A DNA stretch of 53,095 bases. Origin: Acetobacteraceae bacterium. GTDB lineage: Bacteria > Pseudomonadota > Alphaproteobacteria > Acetobacterales > Acetobacteraceae. This document shows positions 1 to 11,076 of this stretch, piece after piece (positions within the stretch are counted from its first letter, which is position 1; each line of letters opens with the position of its first letter). Made by a program: the position numbers and the translations under genes. The notes beneath the pieces are model-generated. The model was not told the DNA's origin and searched no databases. It saw nothing but the letters and a program-made list of their open reading frames with translations. The stretch lies in contig DATKFJ010000097.1 in NCBI GenBank assembly GCA_035511435.1, positions 1 to 53,095 on the forward strand, written 5' to 3'.

Positions 1-128
1 GCTGGCGGCGTCGGCTGTCACCTCGGCCGAGATCCGCGCCAGCGTAACCTCCAGACCCCGCCCCGACGTCGTGTTCAGCTCCTCCGCCGCACGCCGCAGT
101 GCCTCGCGCCGCAACAGCCGCGCCGTCA
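1..128 (-). CDS. hypothetical protein, N-terminal part only (continues past the left edge)
   Basis: A minus-strand ATG at 128 (an in-frame TTG at 260 is also possible) opens MTARLLRREALRRAAEELNTTSGRGLEVTLARISAEV... Third codon positions are almost all G/C, as in neighbouring genes. It is co-directional with groEL and too short for the ORF track. No family recognised. Confidence 0.3.
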
Positions 129-281
129 TCGCATCGAATTCCGGATCCGGCTTGTCGTCGGCCTCGCGTTTATCGTCATTCTCGCGCTGGCGAGAATCCA
201 GGGGGACCGGCACCGGTCCTTGTATCCCTGGATTGCCGCCGTCGCGTGAATGGCGATCAAAGGTCAAAGCCGCGGCCGTCC

Positions 282-1910
<1,629 letters not shown>

Positions 1911-2016
1911 CTATCCTTCCTGAATTCAATGCTATTGGGAATTTATCGTCCCGACTGGCGTTTGGCGGTTGACGTCGGGCACCGCCGAGCAAAGCATTTC
2001 GCCAATAAAATTACGG

Positions 2017-2043
2017 TTAGCACACTCGACGGTAGAGTGCCAG
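2017..2043. promoter_or_regulatory. CIRCE-like inverted repeat (putative HrcA operator) in the groEL/lpxD divergent region
   Basis: TTAGCACAC-N9-GAGTGCCAG compared with consensus TTAGCACTC-N9-GAGTGCTAA (8/9 and 7/9 matches). It lies 110 nt upstream of the groEL start and 38 nt upstream of the lpxD GTG. Confidence 0.5.
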
Positions 2044-2080
2044 CGCTGTTATTGAACGTGCATCGACGCAGGAGCAAGCG

Positions 2081-3106
2081 GTGGCTGAAGCACCAATGGG
2101 CGACCCACGGTTCTTCGCTCGCACCGGCCCACATGCGCTGGCAGCCATCGCGCACACGGCAAACGGCACGGCCCCACCGGTCGAGAAGATGTTCTCCGGC
2201 GTCGCACCGCTGCAATCGGCCACACCCGATCAGGTCAGCTTCCTCGACAATCGCCGCTACGCATCCGCGCTGGAACACACCACGGCTGGCGCGGTGATCG
2301 TGCATCCGGACATGGCAGGCCGGGTGCCGGATGCGACGATCGCAATCGTCACCACCGCGGTGTATGAGGGCTGGGCACGCGTCGCCGCGCTGTTCCATCC
2401 GGCACCGCCCATCTGCCCCGGCATCCATCGTTCCGCCGTGGTCGACGCAGCGGCACAGGTCGATCCAAGCGCGGAAATCGGCCCTTACGTCGTGGTGGAC
2501 GCTGGCGCAGAAATCGGCCCGCGCTGCCGCATCGGCCCATTCGTATCGATCGGCAAGGGCGTCACGGTCGGTCCTGATTGCCGCATCGGCGCCCACGCCA
2601 GCCTGTCGCACGCTCGCCTGGGCGCGCGCGTCTATATCTATCCGGGCGCGCGCATTGGCCAGGAAGGCTACAGCTTCGCCACCACCAAATCGGGCTTTCT
2701 CAGCATTCCTCAACTCGGCCGGGTCATCATCGAGGACGATGTCGAAGTCGGCGCCAATTCCACTGTGGATCGCGGATCGACCCATGACACGGTGATCGGC
2801 GCCGGCTCGCGCCTCGATAACCTCGTGCAGGTCGGCCACAACGTTCGGCTGGGACGCTGCTGCGTCATCGTGGCCCAGGTTGGCATCTCCGGGTCCACGG
2901 TACTGGAGGATTTTGTCCAGGTCGGCGGCCAGGCTGCGATGGCCGGCCATCTGCGCATTGGCGCCGGCAGCCAGATCGGCGCGCAGGCTGGTGTAATCGC
3001 GGACGCCCCCGCGGGATCGGTCCTCCTAGGCAGCCCCGCGCAGCCCCGGATAGATTTTTTTCGCCAGGTCGCCACTCTGAAGCGCATGACCCGCCGGCCC
3101 AAGTGA
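2081..3106 (+). CDS. lpxD: UDP-3-O-acylglucosamine N-acyltransferase (LpxD)
   Basis: 341-aa ORF with the N-terminal DPRFF...VSFLDNRRY region and a long run of hexapeptide (left-handed beta-helix) repeats, then ...GHNVRLGRCCVIVAQVGISGST... GTG start at 2081 with GGAG 6 nt upstream (alternative ATG at 2096). Confidence 0.9.
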   Translation: MAEAPMGDPRFFARTGPHALAAIAHTANGTAPPVEKMFSGVAPLQSATPDQVSFLDNRRYASALEHTTAGAVIVHPDMAGRVPDATIAIVTTAVYEGWARVAALFHPAPPICPGIHRSAVVDAAAQVDPSAEIGPYVVVDAGAEIGPRCRIGPFVSIGKGVTVGPDCRIGAHASLSHARLGARVYIYPGARIGQEGYSFATTKSGFLSIPQLGRVIIEDDVEVGANSTVDRGSTHDTVIGAGSRLDNLVQVGHNVRLGRCCVIVAQVGISGSTVLEDFVQVGGQAAMAGHLRIGAGSQIGAQAGVIADAPAGSVLLGSPAQPRIDFFRQVATLKRMTRRPK

Positions 3107-3289
3107 CCCGCCAGCCGTCATGATTTGTCTGGCAACCTTGCTTCCGGCTCCCTATCTACCGCCAACGGCGCTTTTCGGCCTGGGCTGCTTGTGCCTGCTT
3201 TTGCGACATTGTCGCATCCGGTGCTCCCAAAATTGAAAAGCATTCCGGTCCACGCGGTGTGGACCGCCGGTTGCATAAAGAGAAATGTT

Positions 3290-3496
3290 ATGGCGCAAGG
3301 TACGGTCAAATGGTTCAACGCGCAGAAGGGCTTCGGCTTCATCCAGCCGGATGATGGCTCGAAGGACGTCTTCGTCCATATCTCCGCGGTAGAACGCGCT
3401 GGTCTTGGTCACCTGAACGAAGGGCAGAAGGTCAGTTTCGATATCGAGCAGGGCCAGCAGGGCAAAAGCTCCGCCACGAACCTGAAGTCAGTCTGA
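3290..3496 (+). CDS. cspA: cold-shock protein (CspA family)
   Basis: [35 protein letters not shown]... carries the RNP1/RNP2 motifs KGFGFI and VFVHIS. The track ORF 3125..3496 is an N-terminal over-extension. It is preceded by about 180 nt of non-coding leader. Confidence 0.93.
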   Translation: MAQGTVKWFNAQKGFGFIQPDDGSKDVFVHISAVERAGLGHLNEGQKVSFDIEQGQQGKSSATNLKSV

Positions 3497-3505
3497 GTTT
3501 CGTAC

Positions 3506-3530
3506 CCGGTGCCGCCAACGGTGGCACCGG
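3506..3530 (+). terminator. stem-loop between cspA and the next ORF (terminator/attenuator-like, no U tract)
   Basis: ccggtgccgcc-aac-ggtggcaccgg forms an 11-bp stem with one G-U pair, 10 nt after the cspA stop. There is no T run on either side, so its function is uncertain. Confidence 0.4.
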
Positions 3531-3547
3531 CTGAAACGGAGGACATC

Positions 3548-3757
3548 ATGACCGAACACAAGTTCGCCATCGGCCAGGCAGTTGACTTCATGCCGGGGCC
3601 GGGCGACGCAAACGTGCCACGTGGCAAGTACAAGGTCCTGCGCTTGCTTCCCAGCGAGACGCGGGACTTGCAGTATCGCGTGAAACACACCGAAGATGGG
3701 CATGAACGGGTCGTGCGCGAGAGTCAGCTTACCGCACGGCAGGGTATTCTCGGCTGA
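3548..3757 (+). CDS. small conserved hypothetical protein (69 aa)
   Basis: ATG at 3548 sits behind GGAGGA. The product is MTEHKFAIGQAVDFMPGPGDANVPRGKYKVLRLLPSETRDLQYRVKHTEDGHERVVRESQL... From memory, similar small ORFs occur next to csp genes in Bradyrhizobiaceae. Good codon bias. Confidence 0.6.
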   Translation: MTEHKFAIGQAVDFMPGPGDANVPRGKYKVLRLLPSETRDLQYRVKHTEDGHERVVRESQLTARQGILG

Positions 3758-3792
3758 ACATTGGGCCGAACATTGGTTGGGCCGAACATTGG
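3752..3792. repeat. three direct copies of GGCYGAACATTGG
   Basis: ggctgaacattgg (3752-3764), ggccgaacattgg (3764-3776) and ggccgaacattgg (3780-3792). The repeats overlap the stop codon of the 3548..3757 ORF and lie 44 nt upstream of the next small ORF. Confidence 0.6.
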
Positions 3793-3835
3793 ACTGAGGG
3801 TCAGCGCTCTGTCCTGAAGCGCGCAGGAGGGAATG

Positions 3836-4006
3836 ATGGCGTTCAAGCCGAATTACAATCAGCAGCGGGCTGAGCGAAACCGCCTCAAGCAGGCGAAGAA
3901 GGATGCCAAGCTGCGCGAACGCGAAGAGGCTGTCACGCGCCGCAAGGCCGAACAGGAAGACACCTCGTCCGTCGCCCCGGCGTCCGATGAGCCACGCGAC
4001 CAGTAA
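3836..4006 (+). CDS. small Lys/Arg/Glu-rich hypothetical protein (56 aa), absent from the ORF track
   Basis: AGGAGG at 3825-3830, ATG at 3836 (also at 3833). The product is MAFKPNYNQQRAERNRLKQAKKDAKLREREEAVTRRKAEQEDTSSVAPASDEPRDQ, with TAA at 4004-4006. It falls below the 60-aa track cutoff. Confidence 0.5.
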   Translation: MAFKPNYNQQRAERNRLKQAKKDAKLREREEAVTRRKAEQEDTSSVAPASDEPRDQ

Positions 4007-4035
4007 TCGCGTCGGCCAAACACAGGATCCGTGTC

Positions 4036-4251
4036 ATGAAGCGCCGCGTAGTGAACAGCTTTGTGCTGTTCGATGTCGTTTACACCGATGGCAGCCGTAG
4101 TTCCAATCGCAAGGTTCCGCGTTCGGTGGTCGATGGACTGGACGGACCGGATGCCGTCAAGGCCGCCATCGAGGCACAGGATCGCGACATCGCTCTCGCA
4201 TCCGGCCGGGCCCAGGCCGACGTCAAATCAGTGACACGTTCGCGGAGCTGA
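4036..4251 (+). CDS. small hypothetical protein (71 aa)
   Basis: MKRRVVNSFVLFDVVYTDGSRSSNRKVPRSVVDGLDGPDAVKAAIEAQDRDIALASGR... AGGA lies 8 nt upstream. Coding-like codon bias. No family recognised. Confidence 0.55.
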   Translation: MKRRVVNSFVLFDVVYTDGSRSSNRKVPRSVVDGLDGPDAVKAAIEAQDRDIALASGRAQADVKSVTRSRS

Positions 4252-4267
4252 GTTTCGTGCTGTACGG

Positions 4268-5224
4268 ATGCTGCTGATCTCCGATCACTTCGACGGACGT
4301 CGATTCTTCAACCCACACGCTCCGCAGGGCAAGAGCCGCCGCGACGTCTCCCGTTGGCGACGCACGCGCCAACGGGAGCCATGGCCGGAGCACGTCGAGG
4401 ACGTGCCGCTAACGCCCCCTCCCCGCGCCGCACGTGACCGAATCGCGGTGACGTTCATCGGGCACTCGACATTCCTGGTACAGATCGGCGGCCTCTGCGT
4501 GCTCACCGATCCGATCTGGTCCGACCGCTGCAGCCCGGTTTCTTTCGCCGGGCCGCGTCGCGTGCGACCACCTGGCCAGAGCCTGGATTCGCTGCCCGGC
4601 GTGGACCTGCTGCTGATCACGCATAACCACTACGACCACATGGATTTGCCGACGCTACGCAAGGTGCGGGCACGCTGGCAGCCAAGTACGGCAACCGGCC
4701 TCGGCAACGCGCGCCACCTCGCGAAGGCCGGCATCCGGTCGGCGGTCGAACTCGATTGGTGGCAGACCACCGAACTCGCGGGCGCACGCGTGACCTATGT
4801 GCCTGCGCAGCATTTCTCCGCGCGCGGACTGCACGACCGCAACCGCAGTCTTTGGGGCGGCTTCGTCGTCGAAGCCCACAGTGCTGTCGTCTATTTCGCG
4901 GGCGATTCCGGCTACTGCCCATACTTCGCCGAAATCGCCAGCAGGTTCCCGCGTATCGATCTTGCGCTGCTGCCTATCGGTGCCTACGAACCACGCTGGT
5001 TCATGCGTCAGCACCACGTGAACCCTGAGGAGGCGGTGCAGGCGCATCTCGACCTGCAGCCGCGCCGCAGCATCGGCATGCATTTCGGTACCTTTCAGTT
5101 GACCGACGAAGCTATCGACGCGCCGATCTCGGCGCTGCGTCAGGCACAGGCCCGTGCCGGCGTTGCCCACGCGGAGTTCGACGTCCTGGGATTCGGGGAA
5201 ACCCGGCAATACGCCATGACATAA
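4268..5224 (+). CDS. MBL-fold metallo-hydrolase (NAPE-PLD-like)
   Basis: 318-aa ORF with SDHFDGRRFFNP at the N-terminus, ITHNHYDHMD (HxHxDH metal motif), and downstream GDSGY and LPIGAY... motifs. Confidence 0.88.
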   Translation: MLLISDHFDGRRFFNPHAPQGKSRRDVSRWRRTRQREPWPEHVEDVPLTPPPRAARDRIAVTFIGHSTFLVQIGGLCVLTDPIWSDRCSPVSFAGPRRVRPPGQSLDSLPGVDLLLITHNHYDHMDLPTLRKVRARWQPSTATGLGNARHLAKAGIRSAVELDWWQTTELAGARVTYVPAQHFSARGLHDRNRSLWGGFVVEAHSAVVYFAGDSGYCPYFAEIASRFPRIDLALLPIGAYEPRWFMRQHHVNPEEAVQAHLDLQPRRSIGMHFGTFQLTDEAIDAPISALRQAQARAGVAHAEFDVLGFGETRQYAMT

Positions 5225-5306
5225 AAGCGCCGCCCAGGATCAACTGCGCCTGACCCGGATCCCGCCGCCAAACTGTCAATCAATCACAACGCCGCCGGCC
5301 ATGCCC

Positions 5307-6911
5307 TTACGCTGGCTGTGCGCCGAACATGTCGAGCTGCCAGCCGGCAGCGGTCAGCGGAAATGTCTTGATCGAACGTCGCACGCCGATCTGATAGATC
5401 GGCTGGAACAGGATGAACAGATTGGCCTCATCCACCATGATCTGCTGATATTGCCGCCACAGCTCGATCTGCTTCTGCTTGTCCGGTTCGGCCGCCGCAC
5501 GATGCACCAGCTTCACCACATCGTCTGGCGGCACCCAATGCACCCGCTTCGCCACGCGCTCCACCGTCGCCGCTGCCCACAACTCACTTTCAATCGCTGG
5601 AGGATTCCAGAACGTCAGCGCGGACGTCGCCTTGTAAGTCGTGTACTGGGTCCGGAATGTCACCATGTCGAGCGGCGCCAGCTTCGCCATGATGCCGACG
5701 CGCGCCAGGTCGGACTGCAACTTCTGCGCCAGTACCGCAAACGAGGTCCCGGTGATCGCCCCGGTGCCATACTGCAGATCGAACTCGAAGCCGTTCGGCA
5801 AGCCCGCCTCCGTCAGCAGCTTCTTCGATCGGTCGAGGTCCTCGTGATAGCCGATCTCGCGCGTCAGCTCTTCAGTCGAACCATTGGTGCCGATCGGCAG
5901 AAATGTCACTGGCCGTACCGCATTGCCTGCCAGCAGCGAATTCTTGATGCCGTCATAGTCGATGGCATAGCCCACGGCCTGCCGCGCCGCCCTGATGCCG
6001 AGAGCCTTGTTGAAGGCAGCTTCCGACGTCAGAGCCAGATACACAAAATCCGTGCTGGTCAGCCGATCGATCCAGATGTCCTTGCTGTCCTTCAGGATCG
6101 CAACCTGCTCGGGTATCAGGTTGAATGCCGCGTCGATGTCGCCACGCTGCAATGACAGAAGCTGCACGGCACTGTCGGGAATATGGCGCAGCACAACGCG
6201 ATCGAACGGCGGCTTGCCTCGCCAATAGTTCGGGTTCGCCACCAGTTGGATCTGCGAATTCTGTTCCCAGCGCACCAGCCGATAGGGACCCGTTCCCACT
6301 GAATTCTGGTTCAGCCAGTCCAGCGCCTTGTCCTTCGTCTTGGCATCCGGACTCGCGTCCGCTCCATGTTCCTCCAGGACCTTCTTCTCGCAAACCACGA
6401 AGCTTGGCGCCGCCAGAATGGTAAGGATCGGCTCGGCGGGGTTCTTCAGGATCACGTCGATGGTCTTGTCATCAACCTTGTCGAAGCGGATCACGTTCGA
6501 CAGATATTGCGATGGCTGATCGCCGATATGCAGCTCGCGATCGAGCGAGTATTTCACATCGTCCGCGGTCATGACATTGCCACTGGAGAATTTCACGCCG
6601 TCGCGCAGAGTGAACCGCCATCCACCGCCATCCGGCGTGCGCTGAAACGAAGACGCCAGCGCCGGTTTGACGTTGACGTAGTCGTCCGGCGTCATGGTGA
6701 CCAGGCATTCATAGCAGGCAGCCACGATCAACGGCGCCATATAGTTCGACTCATGCGCGGGATCGAATGTGACCGTGTCGGCGAAATCGATCGCAAGAAC
6801 CAGTGTGCCCTTATGGCTTTGCGCATAAACCGGTGGACCGGCAAACTGTGAGGCAACAAATCCTGCACTGCCGATGCCAAGCATACGCAGAACCTCGCGA
6901 CGATCGACCAT
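5307..6911 (-). CDS. ABC transporter substrate-binding protein, family 5 (peptide/nickel/opine type), Tat signal
   Basis: Start refined to MVDRREVLRMLGIGSAGFVASQFAGPPVYAQ (twin-arginine signal). The body is typical of DppA/OppA-like binding proteins. Divergent from the permease genes. Confidence 0.9.
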   Translation of the reverse strand: MVDRREVLRMLGIGSAGFVASQFAGPPVYAQSHKGTLVLAIDFADTVTFDPAHESNYMAPLIVAACYECLVTMTPDDYVNVKPALASSFQRTPDGGGWRFTLRDGVKFSSGNVMTADDVKYSLDRELHIGDQPSQYLSNVIRFDKVDDKTIDVILKNPAEPILTILAAPSFVVCEKKVLEEHGADASPDAKTKDKALDWLNQNSVGTGPYRLVRWEQNSQIQLVANPNYWRGKPPFDRVVLRHIPDSAVQLLSLQRGDIDAAFNLIPEQVAILKDSKDIWIDRLTSTDFVYLALTSEAAFNKALGIRAARQAVGYAIDYDGIKNSLLAGNAVRPVTFLPIGTNGSTEELTREIGYHEDLDRSKKLLTEAGLPNGFEFDLQYGTGAITGTSFAVLAQKLQSDLARVGIMAKLAPLDMVTFRTQYTTYKATSALTFWNPPAIESELWAAATVERVAKRVHWVPPDDVVKLVHRAAAEPDKQKQIELWRQYQQIMVDEANLFILFQPIYQIGVRRSIKTFPLTAAGWQLDMFGAQPA

Positions 6912-7108
6912 GCTGCCAATTGGTTCGCGCATTCTTGGAATCCCCCACCCGATTGTTGCCATAACTATAAAGGGGAGCGGACACGCGGTAAATCATCGAT
7001 GGACCGAGTGGTTTGACAGCCCAAATCCGATGGTCGAGTTTGCAGCGGCGTTTGGCTGCACCTCGCAATGCGGTGCGTCACAATTCAAAGGGGGAGGATG
7101 GCGCGCCG

Positions 7109-8119
7109 ATGCTACGCTTTCTCGTCGCGCGCGTGGGCGCAATGCTGGTGATGGCGGTGCTCGCGACACTGGTCGTGTTCCTGATCACGAATACCGTCCC
7201 CGGCGATCCCGTGCTGGCACAACTCGGCGATCAGGCTGCCTCCGATCCCGCGATCGTGGCCGAGTGGCGCCACCAATACGGCCTCGATCGTCCGTTATGG
7301 GAACGCTATGTCATCTTTCTGAACGATCTGCGACATGGCGACCTGGGGCGCTCCATCCGCTCGCGCCGCCCGGTACTGGACGACGTGGAGGAGTATGCTC
7401 CGGCAACCCTGGAACTCGCCACTGTCAGCTTCGTTCTTACCCTGATCGTCGGCATCCCGCTTGGCATCCTTGCGGCGGTGAAACGCGATACATGGCTGGA
7501 TCATCTGGCACGAGCAATCTCGCTGTTGGGCGTTTCGTCGCCGACGTTCTGGCTTGCGTTCATCCTGCTGGCGATCTTCTACGGCTGGCTGCAGATCGCG
7601 CCCGGGCCAGGAAGGCTCGATACCATTGCACTGCCGCCGCCAACAATCACCGGCTCTTATCTTATCGATTCGGCCATTGCCGGCGACTGGGGTACTTTCA
7701 AGGACGCCGCGGCGCATTTGGTGCTGCCATCGATCGTGCTGGCGGCTGCAACGATCGGGCTGATCACACGCACCACGCGCGCCAGCATGCTGGAATGCAT
7801 TCAGCAGGACTATGTCCGCATGGCCCGTGCCAAAGGATCGCGCGAGCGCCGCGTCATCCTGCGACACGTGCTGCCAAACGCCCTGGTACCTGTGGTCACG
7901 CTCGGTGGCCTGGCCTACGCAAACCTGCTGACCGGCGCAGTGCTTACGGAAACCGTCTTTTCCTGGCCCGGCCTGGGCCGCTACACCTTCCTCAGTGCAT
8001 CGGCGCTGGATTTTCCGGCCATCATGGCGATCACGTTGCTGGTGGCAATCACTTATCTGGTCATCAATCTGCTCACCGACATCAGCTACGCGATGCTCGA
8101 CCCCAGGGTGCGGCAATGA
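7109..8119 (+). CDS. ABC transporter permease (DppB/OppB-like)
   Basis: MLRFLVARVGAMLVMAVLATLVVFLITNTVPGDPV... ATG at 7109 sits behind GGGGGAGGA. It contains an EAA-type loop (YVRMARAKGSRERRVILRHVLPNA). Confidence 0.92.
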   Translation: MLRFLVARVGAMLVMAVLATLVVFLITNTVPGDPVLAQLGDQAASDPAIVAEWRHQYGLDRPLWERYVIFLNDLRHGDLGRSIRSRRPVLDDVEEYAPATLELATVSFVLTLIVGIPLGILAAVKRDTWLDHLARAISLLGVSSPTFWLAFILLAIFYGWLQIAPGPGRLDTIALPPPTITGSYLIDSAIAGDWGTFKDAAAHLVLPSIVLAAATIGLITRTTRASMLECIQQDYVRMARAKGSRERRVILRHVLPNALVPVVTLGGLAYANLLTGAVLTETVFSWPGLGRYTFLSASALDFPAIMAITLLVAITYLVINLLTDISYAMLDPRVRQ

Positions 8120-8985
8120 GCAGCACCGAACTGTCAGCCACACTACGGCTTCCGGCATCGCGATGGAGTCGCTGGCGGCATCAATATGCACTGGCCGCAA
8201 TAGGTGCGGTGATCGTTCTGCTGTGGATTGGCGTCGCCATGGCGGCGCAGGCATTGGCACCCTATTCACCGAACGCAGTCGTTCTGTCCGCACGACTGCT
8301 GCCACCCGGCGCACAGCACCTGCTGGGTACGGACGAGCTCGGCCGCGACGTGCTGTCGCGCTTGATTTTCGGCGCGCGGATTTCGCTGGTGACCGGCGTG
8401 TTGGTGGTGACGGTTGGCGCGGTCATCGGCACCTTGCTGGGCGGCATTGCCGCTTATGCCGGCGGACTGCTCGAAGAGGCGATCATGCGCCTTACCGACC
8501 TTGTATTGTGTTTTCCGCCGATCATTCTCGCACTGGCGATCGGCGCTGCACTGGGCATCGGCACCACCAACACGATCATCGCGATGCTGGTGGTATGGTG
8601 GCCGAAATTCGCCCGCCTGGCGCGAAGTCTCGTGTTGCAGCAACGCTCATTGGAATATGTCGAAGCTGCGTTGGTCGCCGGCTTCGGACCGGGACGCATC
8701 CTGTTGCGGCACATCATTCCCAACTCGGTCGGCCCGCTGGTGGTGCTGGTCACGCTCGATGTCGGCAACGCCATCATCATATTTGCCGGCCTGTCCTTTC
8801 TCGGTCTCGGCGTCGTGCCGCCGACACCCGAGTGGGGCTCGATGATTTCCGAAGGCCGGGAACTAGTCGCCCAATGGTGGGTCGCCAGCTTCCCCGGCAT
8901 CGCCATCCTGTCCATCGTGCTGGGATTCAATTTTTTGGGCGACGGTGTCCGTGACTGGCTCGATCCCAGGTCACGACGCTATTGA
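8116..8985 (+). CDS. ABC transporter permease (DppC/OppC-like)
   Basis: ATGA start/stop overlap with the previous gene. Contains ...LLGTDELGRDVLSRLIFGARISL... and ...YVEAALVAGFGPGRILLRHIIPNS... The 703-aa track ORF 6874..8985 is an out-of-frame over-extension. Confidence 0.92.
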   Translation: MSSTELSATLRLPASRWSRWRHQYALAAIGAVIVLLWIGVAMAAQALAPYSPNAVVLSARLLPPGAQHLLGTDELGRDVLSRLIFGARISLVTGVLVVTVGAVIGTLLGGIAAYAGGLLEEAIMRLTDLVLCFPPIILALAIGAALGIGTTNTIIAMLVVWWPKFARLARSLVLQQRSLEYVEAALVAGFGPGRILLRHIIPNSVGPLVVLVTLDVGNAIIIFAGLSFLGLGVVPPTPEWGSMISEGRELVAQWWVASFPGIAILSIVLGFNFLGDGVRDWLDPRSRRY

Positions 8986-8986
8986 G

Positions 8987-11005
8987 ATGACAGCCGCAAC
9001 ACCGCCCGTGCTGGAGGTCGATGACCTCCGCACCTGGTTCTACACCGACCAGGGTATCGCGCGTGCAGTCGACGGCGTCAGTTTTTCCGTCCATGCGGGA
9101 GAAACAGTCGGCATTGTCGGCGAATCCGGCTGCGGCAAGAGCGTCACCGCGCTGTCGATCATGCGTCTGCTGGAAGAACCCGCGCGCATCGTCAGCGGTG
9201 CGATACGCTTCCGCGGCCGTGACGTTTGCGCCATGCCAGCCGCGGAACTGCGCGCGATGCGTGGTGGCGACGTCGCCATGGTGTTCCAGGATCCGATGAC
9301 CTCGCTCAATCCGGTGATGCGCATCGCGCAGCAGCTGAACGAGGCAATGACCATCCACGGTCGCGCTCGGGCCGAGGCAAAAGAGCGCGGCATCGACCTG
9401 CTGGGAAGCATGGGGATAGCCGCGCCGGAACGCGCGATGACGAGTTATCCGCACCAGTTCTCTGGTGGCATGCGCCAGCGCGTCGTACTGGCAATGGGGA
9501 TGAGCAACGAACCGGCGCTGCTGTTGGCCGATGAACCGACGACGGCACTCGATGTTACCATTCAGGCGCAGATCCTTGACCTGCTGCAGGATTTGAACCG
9601 GGAATTTGGCACCGCGATCGTGTTGATCAGCCATGATCTTGGCGTAATCGCCACGATCTGCACGCGGGTGATCGTGATGTACGCCGGCGAAGTGGTCGAA
9701 CAGGGACCCACAGTCGAGGTGCTCGCCAATCCGCGGCACCCCTACACCTGGGCATTGTTGAATGCGCGTCCCGGGCTGGACACCGATCGTGGTGACCGAC
9801 GATTGACCACGGTCGAAGGCATGCCGCCCGACCCATTGGATCAGCCGCCCGGTTGCCGCTTCGCGCAGCGCTGCCCATTCCGACAGCCGGTGTGCGACGA
9901 GCATCCACCGTTGCTCGACGTCGGTCCTGATCGGCTTGCGCGCTGCTGGCTTGCGCGCGACGACGACCAGCCGTTCGTGCGCCGCGCGCGTGTCACGCGT
10001 GAGGCAACTTTGCAAACTGTCGCCTCACCCGTCCCGATCATGGAAGTAACAGGGCTGGTCAAGCACTTTCGCCTGCGCGGTCGCCTGCTCGCCGGATCAC
10101 GCATCGTGCACGCGGTAGATGGCGTCGATCTGACCATCGAATCCGGCGAAATACTCGGCGTGGTGGGAGAGTCCGGCTGCGGCAAATCCACCTTGGCGCG
10201 TACACTGCTGCGCCTGTACAAGCCAGACAGCGGCAGCATTCGGTTCGATGGACAGGAGATCGCCAACGCTTCCGCCGCTGTGATGCGCCCGCTGCGCCGC
10301 CGCTTGCAGATGGTGTTCCAGAACCCATACGCCAGCCTGAATCCGCGCATGACGGTCGATGCCATTCTGGCAGAACCGCTGCGCTACCATGGCCTGACGC
10401 ATGGCGCCGACGAAACTCGGCGGCGAATAGACGAGTTGCTGGGGCTGGTCGGGCTGGGTTCAGCCGCGCGCGGACGCTATCCGCACGAATTCTCCGGTGG
10501 TCAACGCCAGCGCATTTCGATCGCGCGCGCCCTTGCGGTGCAGCCCGACTTCATCGTCGCCGACGAACCGATTTCCGCGCTGGATGTCAACATCCAGGCG
10601 CAGATCGTCAATCTGATGATCGATCTGCGCGAGCGCTTCGGCCTCACCTATCTGTTCATTGCGCATGACCTTGCCGTGGTGCGTCACATTTGCGATCGCA
10701 TCATGGTGCTGCATCTCGGCCAGGTCGCAGAGATCGCGCCCGCGGACGATCTGTTCACCGCGCCTCTGCATCCCTACACGCGCTATCTGATTTCCGCACA
10801 ACCGTCGCTGCATGGGCCGCAGTCCGCTACCGGTCGGCAAAAGCTTACTGGCGAGCCTGCCAATGCGATCGATCCACCATCCGGCTGCCGCTTTCACACG
10901 CGCTGTCCGATCGCGCGGAAGATTTGCGCCGAACAAACACCTTTGACGCGCATGTTGCGCCCAAAGCATGCCGTCGCCTGCCACTTTGCCGGCGAATTCC
11001 AATGA
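8987..11005 (+). CDS. fused double ABC ATP-binding protein (DppD-DppF type in one polypeptide)
   Basis: Two complete cassettes are present: Walker A GESGCGKS appears twice, with signatures FSGGMRQR and FSGGQRQR and Walker B motifs [12 protein letters not shown] and [15 protein letters not shown] at 8987 is 1 nt after the previous stop. Confidence 0.93.
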   Translation: MTAATPPVLEVDDLRTWFYTDQGIARAVDGVSFSVHAGETVGIVGESGCGKSVTALSIMRLLEEPARIVSGAIRFRGRDVCAMPAAELRAMRGGDVAMVFQDPMTSLNPVMRIAQQLNEAMTIHGRARAEAKERGIDLLGSMGIAAPERAMTSYPHQFSGGMRQRVVLAMGMSNEPALLLADEPTTALDVTIQAQILDLLQDLNREFGTAIVLISHDLGVIATICTRVIVMYAGEVVEQGPTVEVLANPRHPYTWALLNARPGLDTDRGDRRLTTVEGMPPDPLDQPPGCRFAQRCPFRQPVCDEHPPLLDVGPDRLARCWLARDDDQPFVRRARVTREATLQTVASPVPIMEVTGLVKHFRLRGRLLAGSRIVHAVDGVDLTIESGEILGVVGESGCGKSTLARTLLRLYKPDSGSIRFDGQEIANASAAVMRPLRRRLQMVFQNPYASLNPRMTVDAILAEPLRYHGLTHGADETRRRIDELLGLVGLGSAARGRYPHEFSGGQRQRISIARALAVQPDFIVADEPISALDVNIQAQIVNLMIDLRERFGLTYLFIAHDLAVVRHICDRIMVLHLGQVAEIAPADDLFTAPLHPYTRYLISAQPSLHGPQSATGRQKLTGEPANAIDPPSGCRFHTRCPIARKICAEQTPLTRMLRPKHAVACHFAGEFQ

Positions 11006-11076
11006 CCGCGAGTTCCAACGACGGCGAATTCCAATGACAGCTTGACGACCGTTCCTGCTCGGTTCCAAGCTTTCTT

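Noticed and set aside
204-219. Perfect hairpin GGACCGG-ca-CCGGTCC downstream of groEL as its terminator
   Set aside because: The loop is only 2 nt and no T run follows on the groEL (minus) strand. It may still be a processing or attenuation site, but I cannot call it a terminator.
6874-8985. 703-aa ORF taken as a single protein (likewise 22942..24642, 566 aa, and 48074..49417, 447 aa)
   Set aside because: In each case only the C-terminal part has family motifs. The N-terminal part overlaps a better-supported gene in another frame or strand and is compositionally aberrant. Internal starts with SD or ATGA coupling explain the real genes.
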